Positions 1 to 8,744 of a DNA stretch of 64,000 nucleotides are shown here, in pieces (the stretch's first letter is position 1; the number at the start of each line of letters is the position of its first letter). The position numbers and the translations under genes were made by a program. The notes below the pieces were generated by a model, which saw nothing but the letters and a program-made list of their open reading frames with translations, searched no databases and was not told the origin of the DNA. The DNA comes from a virus. Location of the stretch: positions 1 through 64,000 of IMG/VR virus record IMGVR_UViG_3300005842_000485, one strand, 5' to 3'.

Positions 1-1278
1 GTGAAGCGAACCAACAAGCGGGGGGTGCGAGATCGCCTCCCAGGATTCAGCTACAACTCGGTCACCAAGGAAGCGCACTTCGACGTGTGGGGGCGGAAGG
101 CAGCAGGGCAGAAGCGGCACCGCATCAGCGTCCCGGCCGCAACGCAAGAGGAAGCGGTCACGCTCTGGAAGCAGTACCGGCAGAAGGTGAAAGGGGGAAG
201 CGACCGCACCTTGATGCTTCCGCCCACGTTCGAGGAGTTCATCAACGACAGCTTCGACACGATCTGCGCGCAACTGAAACCAAAGACCGCGCGCGAGTAC
301 CGGTACGTAGTCGGGGTTGAAGGGACACGTCGGCGTAAGAAGGCAGCGAGACGGCCAACGCTCCTCATGGTCTTCGGCGAGATGCGTCTCACCGAGATCA
401 CCTCCGGGAAGATCAACAAGTGGTCGGCAGGGCTGATCGCGCTCGGCTACGCCGGCGCCACGGTGAACAACTACGTGAACACAATGTGTTCGCTCATGAC
501 GTACGCGGTGGAACTGGACGCCATCGAGGAATCTCCGCTCAAAAAGGAAGTGAAGAAGTACCGGGCGAACAAACCGCAGAACGAGCTGTCGGATGCGGAG
601 GAAGCACGATTCCTCGCGGCCTTCGATGATGAACGCGGCTTCCGCGACTACATCGCGGCCACGATGCCGCGGGGCACCGTGCGTCTCATCCCCAAGGATC
701 GCGCGGACGCGAAGGTGTTCGGGACGAAGCGGGTCGTGGGCGCGGCACTCCACCCGGAGAGCTCGGCGACGGGCGCGTACTTCCGCCGATTCCAGTCCTT
801 CGGGAAGCCGTTCTTCATCGTGGCGCTCGAAACTGGGCTGCGGTGGATCACGGACTTGCTGCCGCTCCAGTGGGAAGCGAACATCGACGAGGCGGCGGGA
901 GTCATTCGCACGACGACCGGAAAGACCGGGCGCGATGTGGTGATCCCGATTTCCAAACGGTGTTGGGAGGCCCTCGCCCAGTGCAAGGCGCGGAGCAACG
1001 GCACGGGCAACGTGTTTGTCGACGACGATGGCTGCGTCCCGGCTATCAAGACGATCCGCCGCTACTTCGCTATCGCAAAGTGGATCGCCGGCATGCAGAA
1101 GCGGAAGTTCCGCATCCATGATGTACGGCACACGTTCGGGAGCAAGCTGCTTCGTAGAGGTGTGAACATCAAGTTCGTGAGCACCGTCATGGCGCATTCC
1201 TCGGTGCGGATGACGGAGCGCTACGCCCGTGCGGGGGACGCGGTGCTCGGTGCCGTGGTCGAGGCGTTGGATCAATGA
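1..1278 (+). CDS. int: Tyrosine recombinase / phage integrase
   Basis: Catalytic motifs TGLR, K (TGKT), HDVRHT, AHS and ERY; core-binding domain ATVNNY; start lies at the window edge. Confidence 0.93.
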   Translation: MKRTNKRGVRDRLPGFSYNSVTKEAHFDVWGRKAAGQKRHRISVPAATQEEAVTLWKQYRQKVKGGSDRTLMLPPTFEEFINDSFDTICAQLKPKTAREYRYVVGVEGTRRRKKAARRPTLLMVFGEMRLTEITSGKINKWSAGLIALGYAGATVNNYVNTMCSLMTYAVELDAIEESPLKKEVKKYRANKPQNELSDAEEARFLAAFDDERGFRDYIAATMPRGTVRLIPKDRADAKVFGTKRVVGAALHPESSATGAYFRRFQSFGKPFFIVALETGLRWITDLLPLQWEANIDEAAGVIRTTTGKTGRDVVIPISKRCWEALAQCKARSNGTGNVFVDDDGCVPAIKTIRRYFAIAKWIAGMQKRKFRIHDVRHTFGSKLLRRGVNIKFVSTVMAHSSVRMTERYARAGDAVLGAVVEALDQ

Positions 1279-1281
1279 AGC

Positions 1282-1307
1282 GATGGGGCGGCGGATGCCG
1301 CCCCATC
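1282..1307. terminator. GC hairpin between convergent genes
   Basis: GATGGGGCGGC-ggat-GCCGCCCCATC, perfect 11-bp stem. Confidence 0.7.
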
Positions 1308-1316
1308 TTCGTGTCG

Positions 1317-1949
1317 TCATCGGCGATCGTCGCGTTCGAGCATCGGCAGATAGAGATGCTCCAGACAGAAGACGTGGAGATCCCACCGCGACGCGAATCC
1401 CGCCATCCGACCGGGAACCGCATGCGGTCCATGCTTGTCGAGCCAGGCGGCGGTGAACCTCCCGAGCGCCCGGATGTCTCGATGCGTCCCGAGCCGCTTC
1501 AGCGGGAGTTCATAGAGGCACGTCTCGGACGGCGGTACGAGCGCGAGCACGTGGTAATCCATCTCGTCATGGAGGAGAAAGACACCCGGACGCCTGCCTG
1601 TCGCAGCGATGGCGTTGGCGCGCCGTGGCACAAGCATCGGATAACCCCAGAGGACTTCATCGACAAGGTCATGCTCCAGGACATGCCTCGGGAGGAAGGG
1701 GTTCACACACTTCCGCAGATCGGCGCGGCCCCGCGCTTTGCGCCCGGCATGTTGCGACTCCACATACTCCCGCGAGGCAGAGAGCGTATCGCGGACGGCC
1801 GGGTGGGTAATCGCGTCGTCATCCAGCGGATTCACCCCCATCCGTGCGAGATCGTCAGCGAGTCGCAGCTGTTCCTCGAACGCGGTGTCGTGGGATGGCA
1901 GGCGATGGGTAACAGTCGTAGGTAGGGTGTAGCTCTTTACCTGATGCAT
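1317..1949 (-). CDS. Hypothetical protein
   Basis: 210-aa ORF with protein-like composition and an AAAGGA SD upstream. Confidence 0.7.
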   Translation of the reverse strand: MHQVKSYTLPTTVTHRLPSHDTAFEEQLRLADDLARMGVNPLDDDAITHPAVRDTLSASREYVESQHAGRKARGRADLRKCVNPFLPRHVLEHDLVDEVLWGYPMLVPRRANAIAATGRRPGVFLLHDEMDYHVLALVPPSETCLYELPLKRLGTHRDIRALGRFTAAWLDKHGPHAVPGRMAGFASRWDLHVFCLEHLYLPMLERDDRR

Positions 1950-2160
1950 GGAGTCGATTCCTTTCCAGGCCCGCGCTTCGCGCGAAGCATGGAAGGGCCG
2001 AGCGGCGTGACAGTGGAGAGGAAGCCGTGGAACGGGCTATCTGTCTGATGGAGTTGCGCTTGCGCCGCGAGCGGGTGATGTTTGCCCTCTGCCGTGCCGG
2101 TATAGCAAGGGCTCCGTGTGTTGCGGCGCGAGCTGCGCGAATCTGTTGATGCGATTGAGG

Positions 2161-2322
2161 TTACTGCCGCCTCGGAAACTTGCGGCTCTGCCCCGAGAGC
2201 GCGCGGATCGTCGCGAAGATCGTGCGGTGGGCGTCTGTGAAAAAGTCTTCGGTGTTGATGATGCCGACGACGCGATAGAACGCGTGATGGTCGAATGAGT
2301 ATCGTGCGTAACTAGACCCCAT
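2161..2322 (-). pseudogene. Remnant of a DnaB N-terminal domain
   Basis: DHHAFYRVVGIINTEDFFTDAHRTIFATIRAL aligns with DQEAIIRVSELLAKDDFYFDAHRITYAAMLDL of the intact DnaB. Confidence 0.7.
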
Positions 2323-2330
2323 ATGCCCAC

Positions 2331-2843
2331 TTAGCCGCGTTTGGGCGGCCTACTGCCGATTAATTGGCCGGCGAGAAGGTCAGCACGCCTGTTTTTCGAT
2401 CTGGGGACGTGTTCCGGGGTCAGGATGAGTCCTTGGCCGTCCGGAAGGAGTTGGACGCGTCTCCGTCCATCAGGGAGGCCCACAACGGCATGCGCGATGA
2501 AGCCAGCAATCTGCCGTTGGAGCGGTGCGATGTGCGGAAGCTGGGAAATCCGGTTCTGGCCTATCAGGAACTTGATGACGAACTGGGAGTCACCGCGAAG
2601 GAGCACGTGCCGGACACCGCGGCCAGACGCCCAGCGCAGCCCTTCGAGGCAGCCGTGCAGTTCCGCCATGTTGGAGCTACACGGCTCGACGGTTCCTGCG
2701 GCCTCCTTGAGCGTCTGACCGCCCTTCCCGACCGCGACGAACGCCCATGCGCCCTTCGTCTGTTGCCAGTTCGGATGGCTCGGCGCGCAGTTCGCGATGC
2801 AGGCACCATCAAAGTTGAGAATGAGGTCGTAGTCGTTCCTCAC
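2331..2843 (-). CDS. rnhA: Ribonuclease HI family protein
   Basis: FDGA, SNMAE, GDSQ and HVPRSKNRRAD motifs supply the DEDD residues. Confidence 0.88.
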   Translation of the reverse strand: MRNDYDLILNFDGACIANCAPSHPNWQQTKGAWAFVAVGKGGQTLKEAAGTVEPCSSNMAELHGCLEGLRWASGRGVRHVLLRGDSQFVIKFLIGQNRISQLPHIAPLQRQIAGFIAHAVVGLPDGRRRVQLLPDGQGLILTPEHVPRSKNRRADLLAGQLIGSRPPKRG

Positions 2844-4192
2844 GCGGTGAGCGGGAAGTGCTCATCCACGCCACCATGGAAGCTATCGAGGGAGCGGAAG
2901 GTGGTGGTCTTCGCGTCGAACATGAGGAGCACCTTCCCGGTCGGGCCGTTGCGGTGCTTCTTGATGTGCAGCTCCACCTCGCCGGGACGGTCGGACTCCT
3001 CCGGCCGGTAGTAGTCGTCGCGGTACAGCATCATCACCACATCGGCGTCCGCTTCGATCTGGCCGGACTCGCGGAGATCGGAGAGGTTCGGGACTTTGCT
3101 GTCGCGGCCCTCCACCGCACGGGACAACTGCGAGAGACAGAGGATCGGCACGGTCAGCTCGCGCGCAAGCGCCTTGAGGCTGCGGCTGATCTCGGAGACT
3201 TCCTGCGTCCGGTTGTTGGGATTCGTCCCTGCCATGAGTTGCAGGTAATCCACCACGATGAAGTCGAGACCATGTTCGGCCTGGAGCCGTCGTGCGCGGC
3301 TACGGAGTTCGAGGGCGGTGAGCCCAGCGGTGTCCACGATGTAGAGCGGCAGGTCTTTCCATTTGTCCATCGCCGCCGCGACCAGATCACCTTCGCTCGA
3401 CGTGAGCTTGCCGGCGCGAATCTTCCAGCCGTCCACCCCGGAGAGGCCGCTCAAGATGCGATTGGTCAGCTGCTCCTTCGACATCTCGAGCGAGAAGATG
3501 CCGACGTTCTTTCCCTTCGACGCGATGTTCTTCGCGATGGTCAGCGCGCAACTCGTCTTTCCCATTGCAGGCCGGGCGGCCAAGATGAGGAGATCGGACG
3601 GCTCGATGCCCGAGAGCATGCGATCCAGCTCCCCCAACCCGGTGTAGATGAAGCGGGACTTCGCCTCGCCTTCCATCGCCGCCGCCATGCGCTCGTACTG
3701 CGCGTCGAAGAGGTCACGGAGCGAGTCGATCTTGGTTCGCGCATGCGAGCGCCGGATGTCCGTCAGCAGCTGTTCGGATCGGTCGCGGACGATCTGCGGT
3801 TCTGCCTCAAGATCGAAGGCAAGCCGCTGGATCTCGTACCCCGCCTCGATGATGCGCCGCCTCGTCGCGTGGTCGTGCACGATCCGCGCGTACTCCTCGG
3901 CGTTGGACGCGGTGGGAACAAACTCGGTGAGCGCGGCGAGTTCCGCGATGCCACCGGCAAGTGTAAGTTCATCACGCTCGATGAGGCGCGCTTGGAGCGT
4001 CGTGAGATCGATGGGGCGCCGGGCGCGGTACAGGTCGAGCATCGCGGCGTACGTGATCCGGTGCGCGTCGAAGTAGAAGTCGTCCTTTGCGAGAAGTTCC
4101 GAGACGCGAATGATCGCTTCCTGATCGAGCAGGATTGATCCGAGGACACTCTTCTCGGCCGTAACGTCATGCGGTGGCACCTTCGACTGCAT
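2840..4192 (-). CDS. dnaB: Replicative DNA helicase
   Basis: PPHD N-terminus, Walker A ARPAMGKT, VDYLQL, SQLSR, SDLRESGQIE, KHRNGPTG; start set at MQSK. Confidence 0.97.
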   Translation of the reverse strand: MQSKVPPHDVTAEKSVLGSILLDQEAIIRVSELLAKDDFYFDAHRITYAAMLDLYRARRPIDLTTLQARLIERDELTLAGGIAELAALTEFVPTASNAEEYARIVHDHATRRRIIEAGYEIQRLAFDLEAEPQIVRDRSEQLLTDIRRSHARTKIDSLRDLFDAQYERMAAAMEGEAKSRFIYTGLGELDRMLSGIEPSDLLILAARPAMGKTSCALTIAKNIASKGKNVGIFSLEMSKEQLTNRILSGLSGVDGWKIRAGKLTSSEGDLVAAAMDKWKDLPLYIVDTAGLTALELRSRARRLQAEHGLDFIVVDYLQLMAGTNPNNRTQEVSEISRSLKALARELTVPILCLSQLSRAVEGRDSKVPNLSDLRESGQIEADADVVMMLYRDDYYRPEESDRPGEVELHIKKHRNGPTGKVLLMFDAKTTTFRSLDSFHGGVDEHFPLTA

Positions 4193-5240
4193 GGGGTTGT
4201 TCGGGAGGTGATGAGACGAGGAGGACGGCGCGGACGAAACCACGGATCAACGTGACCTGTTCGCGCTTTGGAGGGGACGGGGATGCGTCGAGCCGGGAAA
4301 ACGGAGCGGGATCGACGCCGAAGCGAGGAGCGACGGAGCGAATGCGTTCCCACGCATGCGTGGCACCGAAGGAAAGATCGCTCTCAAGCTGCCGGTAGAG
4401 GGTCTGTTTCTCGAAGAATGCGGCTTCGGGGTCGCGCCGCTGACGTGCTGCCTTTTGGCGATCTTCCTTCGAGGGAGGGCCAGTCCATGTGTAGCCCTGT
4501 GCCTTCTGCGACGTGAGCGTCGTCGAGAGCCATGAGAACAGGGACTTGCGCTCGACAAACGAAGTTGCGGCGACCTGAAGGGCCTTGAGGAGTTGTATTT
4601 CGCTGTGCTCGCGAACGTACGACTCGACGAGCTCAAGGATTTCTTGGTTCCAGAAGAACGGCCCGAGATGCGACGCGAGGGCCTTCTCAAGCTGGGGAGA
4701 CGCAACGTACGTCCCCTCTGGCTCGCGCGCGTCATCATCATCGTTCTTTCGTTCTTGTTCTTCTGTTCTTTCCTTATTAGGACTTTCGCTATACAAGAGT
4801 TCCACTGGCTGAATGGAGCTTGTAGATGCGGATGACTGGCTTGTATAAGCAGAGGGCATGGATTCTTGGTGGTCGTCGGAACCAGTAGGACTTTCGCTAG
4901 TCGAAAGTGCCAATGGGCCTTTTGCGATTTCAAAGGTGCGTTGGGAGAAAACGCCCGTCGTTTCGCGGCCAACGGCGGAGACGGTAACCAAGCCGAGTGT
5001 CGAGAGTATCTCCAGCGCACGGGCGACACCCTTGTAGGACATCCCGGTGAGTTGGCAGATGGTTGAGACGTGCTCCTTGAAAATCTTGTCCCCGTAATCG
5101 TTACAGAGGAGGACAAGCACATCGTAGACGGCCATGACGTAGGCAATCTGTCGGCGCGGGACGGACGCTGCGATCAGCCTCACGCGCGCCTTGTCCTTCC
5201 AGTGCCACGCAATGCCTTGGGTTCCCTTCACACCACGCAT
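4167..5240 (-). CDS. Phage replication initiator (N-terminal wHTH)
   Basis: HTH-like TICQLTGMSYKGVARALEILSTLGLV, low-complexity linker, position directly upstream of dnaB. Confidence 0.75.
   Translation of the reverse strand: MRGVKGTQGIAWHWKDKARVRLIAASVPRRQIAYVMAVYDVLVLLCNDYGDKIFKEHVSTICQLTGMSYKGVARALEILSTLGLVTVSAVGRETTGVFSQRTFEIAKGPLALSTSESPTGSDDHQESMPSAYTSQSSASTSSIQPVELLYSESPNKERTEEQERKNDDDDAREPEGTYVASPQLEKALASHLGPFFWNQEILELVESYVREHSEIQLLKALQVAATSFVERKSLFSWLSTTLTSQKAQGYTWTGPPSKEDRQKAARQRRDPEAAFFEKQTLYRQLESDLSFGATHAWERIRSVAPRFGVDPAPFSRLDASPSPPKREQVTLIRGFVRAVLLVSSPPEQPHAVEGATA
4740..4900. repeat. Putative replication origin (iteron-like repeats)
   Basis: TAGGACTTTCGCTA at 4778-4791 and 4886-4899, ACTGGCT twice, and a strand-biased GTTCTT tract inside the initiator gene. 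Confidence 0.6.
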
Positions 5241-5353
5241 GGCTGCGTGGTGTTGTTGTTCAGATGGCTGTTCATGCAGGCGTGATCGTTACGGATGATC
5301 CGCACCTGTGCAAAGGGAAATGCATCGGTCGCAAGGATGAGTGTTCAGCTTTC

Positions 5354-5412
5354 ACACTACTCCTCCAGAAAATCGGGTCAAGCCTTGACGCAGCAATGGC
5401 TTCCTGTAGGAT
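5354..5412. promoter_or_regulatory. Back-to-back sigma70-like promoters
   Basis: Minus: TTGACC-16-TAGTGT; plus: TTGACG-16-TAGGAT; both -35 boxes come from the palindrome GTCAAGcCTTGAC. Confidence 0.55.
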
Positions 5413-5446
5413 GAAAGTGCTCGGTCTCGCAAGGATTAGCACGGCG

Positions 5447-5464
5447 TCCCCGCTTCGGCGGGGA
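5447..5464. terminator. UUCG-capped hairpin
   Basis: TCCCCGC-TTCG-GCGGGGA. Confidence 0.65.
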
Positions 5465-5472
5465 TTGCTGTC

Positions 5473-5700
5473 TTAGGAGTCTTTTGGATCGTGCGGCTTC
5501 TTGCAACACGGGCAGATGGGCGGTTCTTCTTTGGCCCGTGGCCACGGGACTTCCGCAATAATGAGTTCAATCGTCTTGAGACGGATATGGCGTTCGTCGT
5601 CGTAGCGATAGCGGACGCAGACCAAGCGGTCGCCAAACTTCTCCATGAGCCGCCGCGTGCCGGCGCGCGGTGGACGGACGGTGAGTCTGGTGCGAAGCAC
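5473..5700 (-). CDS. Small hypothetical protein
   Basis: GTRRL..FGDRLVCVRYRYD motif that I recall from a recurrent small-protein family; C-terminal CPCC. Confidence 0.7.
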   Translation of the reverse strand: MLRTRLTVRPPRAGTRRLMEKFGDRLVCVRYRYDDERHIRLKTIELIIAEVPWPRAKEEPPICPCCKKPHDPKDS

Positions 5701-5701
5701 G

Positions 5702-5926
5702 CTAGACCTCGCTCATGATCTGGCGGAAGACGGTTGTGCTGATGCGCATGACCGCGCACACGACCGAGACTAAGCGGCGTTGTGTGAGGTCGTCGGTGCT
5801 GCGGATCATTGCGGCTGCGGCGCGGAGGCGCTGTTGTCGGTTCTCGTCTCGGGCGAGCGCAAGTTCCGGCGCGAGCGCAAGCATGAGTGCGGCGATCTCT
5901 TGGGCAGCGGTATTCGGTTGTGCCAT
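5702..5926 (-). CDS. Hypothetical helical protein
   Basis: ORF packed in the operon; start set at MAQP. Confidence 0.5.
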   Translation of the reverse strand: MAQPNTAAQEIAALMLALAPELALARDENRQQRLRAAAAMIRSTDDLTQRRLVSVVCAVMRISTTVFRQIMSEV

Positions 5927-6005
5927 GCCACGAGTCTGCACTCTGGCTACAGGGGAGAGAGGTGGTGCGCGGTGGACTTCCACATCTCCCGCGCACCGTT
6001 GGTGT

Positions 6006-6308
6006 TTACCACATGAGGATCAGGAGCATCGCGAGGATCGGCCAGCCGAGAAGCGCGATAAAGGCCGTATTGCGCCAGAGACGCATGGCTTTGAGGTCAC
6101 GCTGGCTTCGGCGCAGCGTGTCCGATGCACCGTCCGCCATGCTGCGAACCTCGAAGAAGTGACAGCTTGGGGTGCGGCACAATGCCACTTGGAGCGATTT
6201 CGCCCCGTCTACACCGGTGAGGACGGAGAGCCAGTTCCGTTCGTCTTTGCAGCGCGCGCAGCGCGTGTTCAGTCGAAGTTCCGAGAACTGTCCTGCAAGG
6301 TGCGTCAT
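6006..6308 (-). CDS. Zn-ribbon protein with C-terminal TM helix
   Basis: CARC and CRTPSC motifs, hydrophobic C-terminus, ATGA overlap with the upstream gene. Confidence 0.65.
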   Translation of the reverse strand: MTHLAGQFSELRLNTRCARCKDERNWLSVLTGVDGAKSLQVALCRTPSCHFFEVRSMADGASDTLRRSQRDLKAMRLWRNTAFIALLGWPILAMLLILMW

Positions 6309-6544
6309 GCCGGTACGTAGGTCAGGAGCAGGGCGATCTCGGCGCGGATGCGTGGATCGAGATGTTCCATCGGGAGCACGTCGTAGCCGCCAAGGAGGTT
6401 GAACTGCGGCGTCTCGTCGTCTCCGAAGAAGAGCGTCGTTCCCATCTCGCCCCAATCGTCGATCTGTTCGATGTCTTTCGCGACACCGAGCGGCGCGCCA
6501 GTCGTGGCGTCGAGCACGGCATGTGTCCATCCATGGAGATGCAT
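6305..6544 (-). CDS. Acidic hypothetical protein
   Basis: C-rich leader CACCACCACTCCC-ATG. Confidence 0.65.
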   Translation of the reverse strand: MHLHGWTHAVLDATTGAPLGVAKDIEQIDDWGEMGTTLFFGDDETPQFNLLGGYDVLPMEHLDPRIRAEIALLLTYVPA

Positions 6545-6609
6545 GGGAGTGGTGGTGAAAGATTCAAAGAACGCGGTGGGTGTTCGCCCCGTGCGTGGTG
6601 AGTCGTGCA

Positions 6610-6980
6610 TGCGCCGGCAAGCCAGGCAGCCATGCTGTGGAAGTCCACTCGCCGGAGCGAGCGTGGCACCGCAGACCGAGCGCGCATCGAAGGCCGTCGA
6701 AGTGACGAGAAAGAGCGCCCTCTCGCACGATGGCGCGTGGGGGTAGGCTATCGCCCTAGGAAGGCGGCACGGACACTACGGGACTCGACCCACGGAAACG
6801 TAGAAGGCCCCCGGCGCGGGGTCAGCTCCGGGGGTTACGGCAGGAACTCCTCTCTAAACCCCAGAGGAACGAAACACCAGCGTGTGCTGGCGGCTGCGGA
6901 ACGGTGTCTACCCCCGAGCTTCAGCGAAGAAGCGCCTGATCTCCAACAACTGGAGGGGCGCTTCTCGTGACCGGGACGCA
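6610..6980 (+). ncRNA. Candidate large structured ncRNA (~370 nt), family unknown
   Basis: About 10 nested helices, a terminal closing helix, two possible pseudoknots; G-U pairs favour the + strand. Confidence 0.6.
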
Positions 6981-6990
6981 GCAACAGGAG

Positions 6991-7365
6991 TTACACGGCT
7001 TGTTCTTCTTCGTCGGGCGCGGGTGAGGCGTCCGGCTTATCGAGGAATTGAATCTGGCTGGCCGAGACCTGGAGCACCTTGAGCTTCGGCCCCTTCGTCT
7101 GCTTCTTCTCGTACTGGGCGAGCGACCCCGAGACGAGCACGGCGCTCCCCTTGGCGAGATGGTTCACGACGGCGGTGGCGAGGTCGCCCCAACAGACGAC
7201 ATCGGCGAACGTGGTGAACGGTGTTCTGCCTTTGGCGTAGCGATTCGAGGCGACGGTGAGTGCGGCGCCAGGTCTGCCACCATCGGCGGTAAGCGGGTGC
7301 GGGTCGGCGACAAGGCGACCTGCGATCAGCACCTGATTGATGTACGGCATCTTCAACTCGGACAT
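6991..7365 (-). CDS. ssb: Single-stranded DNA-binding protein
   Basis: INQVLIAGRLVADP, VVCWGDLA, LAKGSAVLVSGSL, IQFL; no DDIPF tail. Confidence 0.92.
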   Translation of the reverse strand: MSELKMPYINQVLIAGRLVADPHPLTADGGRPGAALTVASNRYAKGRTPFTTFADVVCWGDLATAVVNHLAKGSAVLVSGSLAQYEKKQTKGPKLKVLQVSASQIQFLDKPDASPAPDEEEQAV

Positions 7366-7526
7366 GGGGCATGTCCCCCTCTCTTCTATTGGGTTGCTGC
7401 TGGATGGACTGCGAAAGGGCTGCGGCGGTCGTCTTATGCGTACGGGCGCAGCGGGTGAGGGGTCAATGCGGGTTGCCGGCAGCGTTTTGTAGACGCTATG
7501 GTGAGAAACGATTCACTGATACCACT

Positions 7527-7685
7527 ATGGAAGCAGTCTTCGGCCTCATCGTTGTCATCGGTCTCATTGCGCTGATCGTGTGGGGCTACCGCCGCATGCT
7601 CGACGTGGATAACCGGATCGCTCGTGGAGATCGAACGTTCATTTCAGACATCCTGAAAGCGATCACCGGAAAGGACAAGCAGTAA
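7527..7685 (+). CDS. Small membrane protein
   Basis: MEAVFGLIVVIGLIALIVWGYRR TM segment. Confidence 0.65.
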   Translation: MEAVFGLIVVIGLIALIVWGYRRMLDVDNRIARGDRTFISDILKAITGKDKQ

Positions 7686-7811
7686 GAGGAGCGTGTCAAG
7701 AGGGTAGTGGGCAGAATCTTTGTTCAAGAGATGATGCGTAGGTATTGGCATATGGATGCGCCAATACGCGCGCTCTGTTGGCGTATTACGGACAAGGACT
7801 AGACACGAGCG

Positions 7812-7853
7812 TTGAAACGGCGCGGAATCAGGCGTACAGTAGAACTGTCCACA
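7812..7853 (+). promoter_or_regulatory. sigma70-like promoter followed by a degenerate DnaA box
   Basis: TTGAAA-17-TACAGT, then CTGTCCACA. Confidence 0.5.
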
Positions 7854-7970
7854 AACAGGAAGTTCGTTTACAACGCAGGCCCGGTGCCTCGCCCCTCCGC
7901 ACGATGTTCTGGCTAAGGCGGCGTGTGGGTTCGCAGGCACGAGCACCTCTCAATTCTTCACACTGGTTCT

Positions 7971-8210
7971 ATGGATAATCTCCACATCGTGACGTTCGAG
8001 CGCTTAGCACTCGGCTCGCGGATAGAAATGCCGCTCCTTGAAGGCCAGGTGGCATATCTCCAACAATGGCCTTCCCGGTACGTCGTACTCGAGCCGCACC
8101 CGACGTTCAAGCGGACGCAGATCGCGTTCAGCACGGACGACGAGGCAGAGATCGACGCCATCATGCGGCGGCATAGCGGCGAAGAGAAACGCGCGTACCG
8201 CATCCTCTAA
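7971..8210 (+). CDS. Hypothetical protein
   Basis: First ORF of the rightward operon. Confidence 0.65.
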   Translation: MDNLHIVTFERLALGSRIEMPLLEGQVAYLQQWPSRYVVLEPHPTFKRTQIAFSTDDEAEIDAIMRRHSGEEKRAYRIL

Positions 8211-8221
8211 CACCAACTTCC

Positions 8222-8410
8222 ATGCTGACCGAAGCAGTTGTCGTCGCCGTTGGAATGATCGTGCTCGGCGGTCTCTCGATCTCCGCCACGCTCGCTGCGT
8301 TCGTACAGCGCGACTACACGAACGTTGTCATCGGTATCTTCGCGTCCCTGCTGTTCTTCGCGGTGGCGGGGATCAGCGCAGCGGTCGCATCCAGCCTGTT
8401 CCTCTCGTAA
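8222..8410 (+). CDS. Small 2-TM protein
   Basis: Two hydrophobic helices. Confidence 0.7.
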   Translation: MLTEAVVVAVGMIVLGGLSISATLAAFVQRDYTNVVIGIFASLLFFAVAGISAAVASSLFLS

Positions 8411-8414
8411 CCCC

Positions 8415-8744
8415 ATGACGCTTCCCGGAATCATCCTCGTCGTGCTCGGCTGCGTATGGGCGGCGGCGGTACTCGTTGCGCGGGACAAGGTTATTGCGCT
8501 CGCGCTCACCGGGTTCTTCGGAGTCTTGGGACTTGTCGCAGGAACGGCGCTCGTCCATCTCCATCCGGTCGTGCGGGTGGAACGGGTGAACGCCGTTGTC
8601 GTTCCTTCTCCGTCCGTCGATCTCGCGCCGGCCGGGTTCCAGCACGAAACCGAGATGCCACGGTTGACGGGTCTCGAACCACCGGCCAACACGGGAGTGA
8701 CCCTTCAAGTGAACGTCATGCGGAGTTCCACGGCACTCATATGA
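8415..8744 (+). CDS. Membrane protein
   Basis: Two N-terminal TM segments; leader TAACCCC-ATG. Confidence 0.65.
   Translation: MTLPGIILVVLGCVWAAAVLVARDKVIALALTGFFGVLGLVAGTALVHLHPVVRVERVNAVVVPSPSVDLAPAGFQHETEMPRLTGLEPPANTGVTLQVNVMRSSTALI

Noticed and set aside
2858-4138. Long antisense ORFs (also 27567-28928, 45543-46808, 15277-16431)
   Set aside because: Shadow frames of GC-rich real genes, with no motifs
6619-6648. RNase P-like words (GCCAGGCAG..GGAAGTCC) in the 6.6-kb RNA
   Set aside because: No GAGGAAAGUCC and no 3' ACAGAA..GGCUUA partner; the segment folds as a local hairpin
6928-6965. Group II intron domain V-like hairpin
   Set aside because: Bulge on the wrong side, no GNRA loop, no D6 and no RT
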